From positions 1-59,321 of the forward strand of contig JYFJ02002311.1 in the NCBI GenBank assembly GCA_000934665.2: a DNA stretch of 59,321 nucleotides, read 5' to 3'. Position 1 is the first letter of the stretch, and each line of letters starts with the position of its first letter. Shown here piece after piece: positions 1-10,010 of the stretch. The position numbers and the translations under genes were made by a program. Source of the stretch: Catajapyx aquilonaris. Lineage: Eukaryota. Under the pieces are notes generated by a model, which did not search any database, was not told the origin of the DNA, and saw only the letters and a list, made by a program, of their open reading frames with translations.

Positions 1-1
1 C

Positions 2-613
2 CTTCCTCGCAATATCCAAGAGCTCCACGACTCCAAGATGACCTGGGGTACGACATACCTGCTGGCGGCCTTTTACTCCATGGCATTAGAACATGTGAAC
101 AGCCCTCTGTACAGTGACATGATTGACATGATGATGACTGTTCCGGACCTGCGAGGCTGTATGGAGCGCACGCAGTCGCACGCGTTTGCGTGCGTCATTC
201 TGGATGCATTTTACGACCAAGAACGAGACTTTTTCCTGGACCACAAGGGGCATCCCAAGACTCTGTTTCTGCCTGAGGAAAATTTTAAGGCGTACTCTGC
301 TCCGGCATACGGTAGAGACGATGTCCACTTCGCACACGAGGACCGTGTGTTGCAAAGGCTGTTGGAAGCACGTGTGGTAAACCAAGCCAAACGTGTGGCA
401 TATCACGGAAATTTTGTGAGAAATTATTTCAGAATATCTCGTCAACGCAACAACTTCATGCATGGGAGTGAGGAGGTGCATAGTCTCCTCAGTTTGTATA
501 AGATGACCAATGTGTTTGGCCTGTGGCTTGTAGGATTGGCCGCGTCGTGGTTAACCTTTGGATATGAGAAGTATTGCAATAATCGCAAAATGAAATCATG
601 GCTGCATACATAG
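2..613 (+). CDS. Divergent ionotropic receptor (IR), C-terminal part (S2 lobe, last TM helix, tail); 5' end lies outside the window
   Basis: Frame is open from base 2 (LPRNIQELHDSKMTWG...). It has IR-typical P-x-x-I-x-EL-x-x-S after M2, 'LQRLLEARVV' (RL-x-E-x-G-like), 'LSLYKMTNVFGLWLVGLAASWLTFGYE' (M3) and a short basic tail. No introns in this stretch, as is usual for divergent IRs. Confidence 0.75.
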   Translation, partial: LPRNIQELHDSKMTWGTTYLLAAFYSMALEHVNSPLYSDMIDMMMTVPDLRGCMERTQSHAFACVILDAFYDQERDFFLDHKGHPKTLFLPEENFKAYSAPAYGRDDVHFAHEDRVLQRLLEARVVNQAKRVAYHGNFVRNYFRISRQRNNFMHGSEEVHSLLSLYKMTNVFGLWLVGLAASWLTFGYEKYCNNRKMKSWLHT

Positions 614-1239
614 CCATATTTTGCATATTAGAAACAACATGTTATTGCATAACATCTACAAGATTATTGGGAAAACCTTATTACGTCCTTCTTGGAAGCA
701 ATCGGTATATTGATTTACCGTTAAAAACGTCTCAAGTGCCAGGCCATCTTCTCATAACTTATCGGCACAAATTGTAGTTGTGGAGCTCAAGTGACACAAT
801 AATAACATGCAAAGGCGTTTCCTGAGCGAAATGCAGTATTTCACTGTAAGGAGACGTCGTTGGGCCAATCCTATAAAATGATAGGCTGCTGTAGTTGAAA
901 ATTCTATTGTTGTACTGTACTGTAGGCTATACATATTATGTATTGTGTTTGAAGACCGCTATTCCGGTAACCAGGCTGAGAAAACCAAATGGCACCCTTA
1001 CAGCTTGGTTTGTCCAAATGTTTATTACTCAGTATAGCCTACATTTAATCTCGTAAACAATAAACCAACAGTATCACAGTTCATGACAAGAAGTAAGCAG
1101 GAGTAACACATGGTTGAAATGGTTTAAAATGCCAAATACACACAAAAAATGCAACATATTGAGCAATAATGGCTCTCACAAATTGAATTGAATGTTTCGA
1201 AATGAGCATTTCCCAAGGAAGCTCTCTGTGTCCTTATTA

Positions 1240-2150
1240 TCACACCCGATGGCCACCTGCAGAGCCGTCCTTCTCTTCCCGTTCTTGATCATCATCAGAG
1301 AGGACGAGTCCTTCCCAAGCAGCCGCTTCACTCTCTTCAGAGTAGCCGCCCCAGCCGCAACCGGGATAGGGAATCCCGGCCCTCTTCAAAGCATCTATCG
1401 CCGTAGTGACGACCCTCGGGTCCTTAGGTGTTTTATTGTACCATATTCTCTGGTCATTATCTGGTGACATTTGCATCTGAAATTTATTTACTTGCAGTTA
1501 ATCTGTTTATTGTTTGTACATTTTATTTACCTCAGCTGTATTACCACATGCTGTATTGATGGGCTGGTCTGCATTCCCTCCAGATGGGTTTTTCACCTGC
1601 TTCCTAGACTGCTTCCTGTACAGTGTCAACAATTAGTACCTTCAACAACAATTATTAGAAACGGCATAAATCCGTACCGCCGTGCATTGATGAGAGCCTG
1701 AGACACCATGTCGTGGTTGTTGGTCACTGCCAGGGTAACAGGAGTGACCCCTTCGTTGTCTGCCATGTCAGGGTCGGCCCCCTCCTGCAGGAACAGCTCC
1801 ACGCAACGAAGCTTCCCATGTTCTGCAGCCACATGAAGAGCACTTCGATTGTCCTTGTTGCGCTTCGGAAGAAGAGACACCAGAATGTCGCAGACGCCTC
1901 TGTGTCCATTCTTGGCCGCCTCGTGCAAGGCCGTGTTCTCGTGGATGTCCACCGCATCCACGTTGGCCCCATTCTTCAGCAGGCACTCCACCCCTTGGAT
2001 GAACCCTACCTGACTGGCCATATGGAGAGGGGTCTGGTCCAGCTTGTTTCGGACATTGGGATCCGCATTATGCTCCGCCAACAGAAGCTTCATGATTTTA
2101 AGGTTGAAATTGAGGCACGCCACATGAAGCTCACAGTTCCTGGGGTCCAT
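1240..2150 (-). CDS. Ankyrin-repeat protein (about 5 ANK repeats plus acidic tail), 3 exons
   Basis: Exon ~2150-1679 has TPLH/TALH/SALH ankyrin motifs. It splices in frame (CG|gtac..tacag|G) to exon ~1613-1530 and then (GAG|gtaa..ttcag|ATG) to exon 1476-1240. There is an in-frame stop just upstream of the ATG and a minus-strand AATAAA at ~1021-1026. Confidence 0.8.
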
Positions 2151-2678
2151 TGCTTCTTACGATGTCGATGGTGCAGTACACACTCTGACTTGAGATCAAA
2201 GGAGCATTCACACACCCTTTCCCTTACGCGTCTGCAGGAAATCATATCTTGGTCGATAAGATATAGCAACTTGATCCATAATTATACGAGGACAAGCCAC
2301 AGATGGCATTGCAATGCTGGTGGAATTATGACTCTTGCAAGGATGTCTGCACGACAGGGGCAGCTATTATTAGTTTCTTGTGAGCAAAATGTCACCATGT
2401 TTTGTTTCCGATATTGTAGAACCTAAACGATCCTTGTTGACCACTGTCCATTAAATCTTCCTGTACTTCCCTCCACGAAAATCTAGCTAAAGCAATAAAT
2501 ATGGAACTTTTAAATTGCCATTATTGACAAGTGTCGCAAATTGTGACTTTTAACCTCTTAAACTATTGTCTGCGGTTGGACAGTTGTTAATAATGGTGCA
2601 GTTTGAGATGAGCACATCGAAGGCGAGGAATATTCCCACGCCAGGAAGGTAACTCGAAGCCACCACACTCTGCTCCAG

Positions 2679-4437
2679 CCGCCTGATAAGCTGTGGAACA
2701 TCTCGTATTGCATCCATTTTGCCACAATACGAAACACGGTCAGCAAAGTGACATATGGCTGCACTATTCCTAAACACATCCACATGAAAAGTGTGAATTT
2801 GACAATACAGCAGATGTGTTTACCTGCAAATCTGTCTGAGTCTGATCCACTGCCATTGTCTTTGCCGATCTTTGGTCGAGGCCAAACAGCAACGACTCCA
2901 TGTGAATCCAGTCACCACGTGGAGTGAGACCAAAGATGGCTTCGTCCAATTGAAACGTGACGTCACCATGCGCCCATTGTCTCTTCCAATGCCTCGATGA
3001 ACCAGTCAGGTTCAGACTCTTCGCTGGAGCACTTCCTCCCTCAGATTGTCCTAGCACCGGGACATTCCAGAGAAGACGAAGTGCAGGGACTATTGTTCGT
3101 GTATGGGAGACATGTCTTGCAGTTGATTGCCAACAGTGCTTGCAACCAGAATGGCGAAGGCCCCTATGCTCCAGGTGAGTCCTCGTGTGCGGGTAACACA
3201 TGACCAGCATCCAAACATTTTAAAGTTGTTGTAGGCTAATCTAACCACTGGATGACCTGTGTGTTAGTCAGATAAAATAATTGTGGATCTCACGTTCTTG
3301 GAGTCCATTGTTCACACGAATGTATAGCACGGGGAAAGATGCATTCTATAGGAGTTGGAGACTATTTTTGGCTCACTCTTCGACAACCCTCGATAGAAAA
3401 ATGTTGGTCCAGAACATACAAGTACCCGTACAGAAACAACTACAAAAGAATGCCAGAACAGAAGGATCGGGAATATATATCCTATGTAGGGCTCTTATTT
3501 TGCCAGGGGAATTAAAAAAAAAATATTTGGCAACAAGTGTCTGAAAAAAGCGTGATTTTCAACTATACGTACAGGGGTCAAAATGTTGTGAATATCAGAA
3601 TATGTTGCACAGTACTTACTGTTAGTTGCAATGTGGATGAATTTTAATCCTAATTAATTATAGCAATGCAAATGAAAATGAGTAGGAACAATTACATTTG
3701 TTGTTGTGTCATGGTCATAGCTATTATGACTTTTCTTGGAACTAATACAATGGTGAGGTGGTATTATTGTTCTCATTGTAAGGACGGAAACATTTCTGGA
3801 GATGGGTACTTCTGGGTACCAAACTGCATGTTATACATACCTGTAGATAATTAACTTGTCTTTATCCAATCTTCTGTGATTATTTCGTTGGTTTGGAAAT
3901 CGTGACCTCAGGGCGACCTGTGCGTCAAGTTCATCAACGCAATCTACAAGAACAACATGGACGACTTCCTAAGCGATCCCAACCTGGATGTGAACACCTA
4001 CCAGGAGCTGACCGACATATGGGGAGAAGGGATGAAGGACCTCCTCAGGTCAAACGAATGGCCACCAAAGCAGCAACAGGAGGCCACTAAAAACCCACAC
4101 TACATACTGCAACTAGGTACGCTGTTTAAAGTACACCATTAATGTTAAGACAATAAACCGCATTTGATTTCTCCAGAGCACAACTACTCCATATTGGAGC
4201 CCAGTCAGACAAACGACACAACCTACTACCAGCCTGGCCAGGAGTTCATTCCAGGAGGCATACACATCATTGTCTACCGCACTGGACAAATCCATGGTAA
4301 GCCTTGCCATTCAAACCAGATTCAAACGTACCGCCATTGCGGATAGTATCGATCATGCCTATCCGTATCGCCATCAAGTGAAGATGGCCGCCCACATGTG
4401 GATCAATTCCCCTTTGGAATTACCAGTGCTCAATTAA
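2679..4437 (+). CDS. Uncharacterised multi-exon gene with weak resemblance to testis-expressed protein 47 (TEX47, BLUF-like); both ends uncertain
   Basis: A clean exon at ~3045-3174 (cttcctccctcag| ... CCAG|gtgagt) encodes 'EDEVQGLLFVYGRHVLQLIANS', which resembles the recalled TEX47 motif '[21 protein letters not shown]'. Further plausible exons at ~3352-3485, 3912-4116 (DLCVKFINAIYK...MKDLLRSNEWPP) and 4177-4296. A single continuous model could not be fixed by eye. Confidence 0.35.
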
Positions 4438-4447
4438 CAAAATCTAA

Positions 4448-5008
4448 ATGACGAACAAGGCCACCGAAGTAGAGGGACAAGAATCTGGAGAAGATGACAG
4501 TAAGAGTTTGAAGCCACGTACCCATTGATGAGAAAGAGTGGGAAGGAGCCTAAGCAACTAAGGCCACATTCCATCATTATGCATCCATTTGCTAGTTATT
4601 TTACAAATTTAATCATTATTAGGTGACGATGGGGACATGGAAGCACGTGACTTCCTACGCAGCAGGCTCTCCGATATGTTAGAGTTGGGACTACAAGAGG
4701 TTGAGGTGACTTCGAGCAACGATGGACAGGAGGAGGCGGAGGAGAAAGGAGGCCTGGGGATCCACATATTCCAAGGCTCGTCTATCAAGCACCAGGGAGA
4801 GAATGAGATTGTACGCAAGCAAAAGAGACCCAACCTGTTAGTTGCAATTCTTGGGCCACATTTCGCAGCAGTCGTGTAACACCTGTTCGAACGTTACAGA
4901 TTGGGCAAGCGACGAATCGAGACTGAAGACGACCTGAAATCGAGCAAGCAGCGTTTCAAGGAAGCTGCGGTCACAGCCGAGTGGGTCATCCAGCAGAGCA
5001 AGAAATGA
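4448..5008 (+). CDS. Protein CUSTOS-like (C12orf43 family), 3 exons
   Basis: Exons 4448-4499, 4623-4836 and 4900-5008 splice in frame. Motifs 'RDFLRSRLSDMLE', 'GIHIFQGS' and 'KQRFKEAAVTAEWVIQQS' match the recalled Custos blocks (FRAHVAKKLGALLD / GFRLFFTS / RCREAAVSASDILQES). Confidence 0.65.
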
Positions 5009-5326
5009 CATTTATATCAACCGTCCAAAAACTATTTATTAATATTATCAAATCGCCAACCAGTTTGGAGGCAACGATGGAATTATAAAACCTCCACTTT
5101 GATCCTCACATAACCAACATTGCATATTGGAATGTTGTTCTCACTCCTGGTTTTAAAAACAACAAAAAAAAAATTACAGTTATGTACAGCCATACATACA
5201 AATTGTCATAAATTGGTAAACATGTGAGAAACTTCCTAACTATTAAAAAAAAAAAAAAACACTTGAGGATGTTATGGGTTTTATATTTATAAAAAGGAAA
5301 TGAAAGCCACATTTGGGGTGGGGGAA

Positions 5327-8300
5327 TCACTTTTCGGTGAGCGATAGCTCCAGCACCTTTCTCAGCATCTCCTCCTCCTCCTTCTGCCGCCTCTCCTCCT
5401 CCTCCCGCTCCCTCTTCGAGAGCACCAGGGCCATCTCCAGGTCTGGGTCCGCACTGGCCTCCAGCTGGGGGCGGCACTCCAGGTTCGTGTCATGTGGAGG
5501 GGGAAAGTCCATGGAGGGCGTTGCACTCAGACACAAGCTTTCTTGAATGGCTCTAGTGATGAAAAACGTGTGTGTCACTTGTGCAGAACAAAGAAATGCC
5601 AAAATGTACGCTTACAAATAAATAGTTTAAAAACAAACCGCTTCAACTTGTTCACATACGCAATGAATCGAGTCCTCATATTTGTACTTTGTTCCTACCA
5701 ACCTTTGTAGCTGCCTTTCTTCTTCCTGCCTGAGGTTGTTCGCCATGGGCACTGGGGCACGCTGCTGACCTCGCAACGCTTCCCATATGTCAACCTGTGG
5801 AAATTACAGTCACAAATGTAAGGGCAAGCCCATGTAAATTTGCAATAAAACAAACAACACTCGGGACTCTAAGCATAGACTGACCTCTTCCCTCTCGCTT
5901 CCAGCCTCAAGTAGTGACTGTTGGATGGCAAACTGGAGAAGTTCATCCTCTTCCTCGGGTGTGAATTGCCGCCGGTATTCGCTCCCTGCCAAAATAACAC
6001 TCGTTAGAATGGTGCCAAACTATGTTTGTATATCATAATGAGGCATTAAAATTGCTGGTTTCATACATTGGGGCAGTAATAGGAACATGCAGGTCAAAGG
6101 ATGCTGCGGGAGGTCAGGTGAGCTTTTGACTGGAGCACTTGAGGGTCATGGATGCCTTAGTTGCGGCCTGTTGACACACTTCCAGTATTGTGTGTGACCA
6201 ACGTTTGACAGACACATACCTATGTCCACACATTGTCGGTGGCAGCTCTCTCTCTGGAGATCAATGAAACAGTCATAATAAATTACCGTCATTTCAGGCG
6301 TCTCACCTAGAATTGCATATCCTTGTGGTATGTCGAAGCACGAGTCGTCAACGTTGCAGACGACTCTCTCGCCATCCTCCCTCTGGTTCACCCCTATCAC
6401 AGGATCATCCATGCCGAAGATGTTTCCGAATGTAATACGTGCATTTAGGACGTGGAATACTGGGATCTCTGCAAATTGATGGTCAGTACTGCATTAGTTT
6501 CAAGAAAGAAACATCTCTGGCCCTGAAACTGACCGATTCTGACAGGAAATCCGGAGGGAAGTTGAAGCTGAATGAAGTCCTTGAGCTTTGCGAAATGTGA
6601 GGATGATATGGCCATCAGGTCCACAATCGGCATTATCTGCTCAGGAAGGCTCAAAGGGTAGCTCTCACACAGCCACAGAGTTGCCTGGATGAAGCAGTTA
6701 ATCAGTAACGTTCCAACATTTACCATCATTAGAGAGTGCTAGGGCTCCTCTGCACCTTCACATGCGAACCCCCAACCAACCTTGAACTTCTGTATCTTGG
6801 TGCTGATCTCCTTTGGCCTACCAATGTCCCTCTGCCCCAAGTCGTCCTCCCCAAAATATTCCTCTGGTGATATGCTGCATGGGTTGCCCTTCATGACTAC
6901 CTCCTCTGCCTTCTCCACAGCTCCCTCCGTAGCCTCTGCCCCTCCTGGCTGCTCAGCACCTTGCAAATCCTCAGGGGTGGCATCCTGATGGTGTTCCTCA
7001 GCTGCTCCGAAGAACATCTGTGAAACATAACAAGAGTTGAACACCCCGAAAGTTGATGCACAATCAGCTCATATGGAGCGATAACACTACGTGTGCTCTA
7101 CGATCCCCACCTGCAGAGGCGTCCGAGCTGCCTGCTTGACTCTCTCCTTATCTTTGTCCGGTAAGTGCTCAGTCCTCGTCTTGTACACGAGCTCCACATT
7201 GGTGGCAGAGAAGACCTTGCTCTCATGCCCGTTCACCACTTCCGTCTTGTCTGACCTCCAGCCCCACACTCCAGACTTACTGCGCTCAAAGGATATCTTC
7301 TCAGTGTCCACGTAGGTTATCACCGTTGGAGCTGTGAGACGTTGGGCAACAGCCTCTTCCGTGGGCGAAGCAAGAGAGGGATCTTCATCAACGCGAGGCA
7401 CACGCATTTGTTCTGTGCACACTTGGCGGGCATCGTGGTCCACCTCTATTAGTGTTGCTGTGTCACCTGGTGGAAGAAAGGGAAGAATTTGCAATAATTG
7501 CAGGCTGATTATTATCTCACGCATCGCACATGTGCCTGGCTAACTCACTCTGTCCCTTGAAGATGTAGCTCCTGCTCCCCCGCTGCCAACTGTTGCTTTG
7601 GTCAAATCCCAGCAAGGTTGTATCGATCCGGACAGTAGACCCTCGCTTGTAGACCTTGTAAGTGTCGCTTGGGCACATGCGAGACACCAACGGAAACCAA
7701 CTTGTAAACTCCCACTTCATCTCCACATAGAAGTCAGGCGCCTGCCACAAAACACATGGAAATTAGACCATCTGAGGTCAGTACGGCAAAATCTAGTGCA
7801 TTAATTATTATTTGGTGTTGTCATTTTGATGCAGAACTTACCTCTTTCAGCCTCTGCAATAGGGCAGGAATTCCCCCAACTCTTAACGAATGCCGTTGAA
7901 AGTCCCGCTGCTCAAGCATCAGCTGGAGGAGCTCAGGGTCACCTGTCGACACAGCCTCATGGACGACTGCATTCGGATGAACAAAATAATCACATTATTG
8001 GTACAAATTACGTGCAACTATTGGATATATTCCCATAAGGTAGACCAGGTGAAGTGGAAACTAGGTATCCACTTGTTCCAATCATTCATTACGCATTATG
8101 AAATAAACAATTTTATGGGAGCTTAAATAGGTCTGAGGATAAGGCTTCCTTCGCTCCGGTGAGTAGAGGGGACGTCCGTGGCGGGGTCGATGAGGTGCAA
8201 GGGTGATGCCATAGGGAAATGTCGTGATGGTGATGATGATGATTAAACCCAAACCACTGATTTTTGAGGCTTCACTCACCCTGGTCTACCTTAATAAGGC

Positions 8301-9236
8301 TTGTATATAACAGAATAAAGATCGGTTCAGCTTACATCACATCCTGTATGTATGCTCTTTTTTTTCATACGCAAGGAACCTACATCTGTATAACTGGCCC
8401 GCGGTCCCTCCCGATTCGACTTATTCACTGTTGGCCAACACACCTGTAACCGAAATATACAACTTGTTCTCTTTTTTTAAGTATGCTGTCAGAACTCTGA
8501 ATCACGCAGACATTGTGCTATGAAGGATAATTGAGGGTAGGGCATTGCCCACATCTCTGCTACATCATACTGTTCACTTTTTTTTTTTTTTTTTTTTTCT
8601 TTTCACTTTCTATTTCATTGTATTTTTTTTTCTTTTTTTTTTTCTTCCTTATCTGGTGCGTGTCTCTGGTCAAGGTTATTACAATTCCATAAAATGAGTG
8701 TTATAACCTAAAATGAAACATGTAAAGAGCGCTCCCCCCTGCAAAAGGGCCCTTAAAGCCCCGCAGGTGAATAAAACTTACTACTACTACTTACTACTAT
8801 ATAACAGAATAATTATAGCGCATGTGAAACACATGGTATGTCGACAAAATGCATTTCATGACCATTTACCCAGTGCAATTCACTGCCTGGACCAGAATTA
8901 GTGTACAGAAAGTACACTCTGAGCTACTAAATTGCAACTGACCATTCCACCCTGCCCTGTTCTCCACATTGACATTGGCATTGTGTCGCAGCAGAACTCT
9001 GGAGGATTCGATGTGGCCCAGGGTGACAGCCAGCATCAGCGGCGTCCTCCCCCTGGAGTCCAGCTTCTCCTTGTCATCCTGTAAAGGGCATTACCGTCAA
9101 AAATGGAAGCAAAGCGGTGCATGACTTTGCAACAAACCTTCTCCTCTCGCAGCCTCGCGTCCAGATCCCTGTACCTGTTGTTCCAGACCAGCCAGTGCAA
9201 GGGGAAGCCCTTCTCGATCTGCTCCACAGTCAGCAT
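5327..9236 (-). CDS. ANKRD13: Ankyrin repeat domain-containing protein 13 (A/B/D type: ANK, GPCR-chaperone domain, UIMs), about 11 exons
   Basis: Exons encode [130 protein letters not shown], and the UIMs [13 protein letters not shown] and [15 protein letters not shown]. Confidence 0.95.
8319..8797 (+). mobile_element. 5'-truncated non-LTR retrotransposon (LINE) 3' end in ANKRD13 intron 2, antisense to the host gene
   Basis: 15-bp direct repeat TATATAACAGAATAA at 8304-8318 and 8798-8812 (TSD). The remnant ORF '[20 protein letters not shown]...[10 protein letters not shown]' (stop ~8523) resembles the end of the ORF2 CCHC knuckle. T-rich 3'UTR, AATAAA at ~8770 and a (TAC)n tail. Confidence 0.8.
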
Positions 9237-10010
9237 CTTATGCGTACACAACGTACGATGCTCTAATGTACCTCTCTTGTGTACAGTACACGTTCTGCTG
9301 TTCTGCTGCTAAGGAAGCAGCCTCCTCCGCTGCAGCAGTGTCGTAACCACGTGACGACTCTGATTCATCTTTATACCCTTTGCGTCCCTCTCCGGACGCG
9401 GAAGGAAAAGGTGCGAACGGGTCACCACGAATGGAACTGTGTTGGCAAAAAAATTAAACAAATATGGAAAATGAATTTCCGAATATCAAAAAGGGGCGTG
9501 GTTTACGGAATGAGTCACTCTCCGGAGAGAAGACGTGTCACCTACTGGGTGATTACCAAATCATTATATATTACACTGTTAATTACCCGCTGATTTATAA
9601 AATATTAAATTATATATCTGGCATGTTAAACCGCATGAAAGCTAAATCTGGCAGCCATGTTTGATCCGCACCGCCATTTTGAATCCAGCAATGTTGCCAG
9701 CTACTTCGCATATACCAACCACGCAATTTTAACAATTCCGCACCTAATTTGCATAGTAATCCCAATTACACACATTCCAATCACCATAAAATTACTTCAA
9801 TAATTTGCGTTTGATTTGAGTTGTGCGCCTGGCAAGCGAAAGATTTCAGGCTGCCAAGAAAAAAAAAAGAAAAAAAAAAGAAAGAAAGATTTTTGGTTCC
9901 TTTTGTTTTGCATTTTTATATGATTTTTTTTCTCTCTGCACATGTGACCTTATTTTGAGTTTCACGTGTAATTTTTTTTAAAAACGCTGCCTGAAGTACG
10001 GCCAGCTGAA
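9237..10010. promoter_or_regulatory. Putative bidirectional promoter and 5'UTRs shared by ANKRD13 and GIT
   Basis: The divergent start codons are about 775 bp apart. YY1/Pho-like CCGCCATTTTG at 9671-9681 and GCAGCCATGTT at ~9651-9661. Confidence 0.5.

Noticed and set aside
1713..2426. 237-aa plus-strand ORF
   Set aside because: Antisense shadow of the GC-rich ankyrin exon with no recognisable motifs.
2550..3210. Minus-strand ORFs as 5' exons of the ankyrin gene
   Set aside because: Splice phases give stops and there is an in-frame stop just before the ATG at 2150. Stronger splice signals lie on the plus strand.
8130..8245. GC-rich intronic segment ending in (GAT)n, considered as a C/D snoRNA or SINE tail
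   Set aside because: The TGATGA matches come from the microsatellite. No terminal stem, guide sequence or convincing TSD was found.
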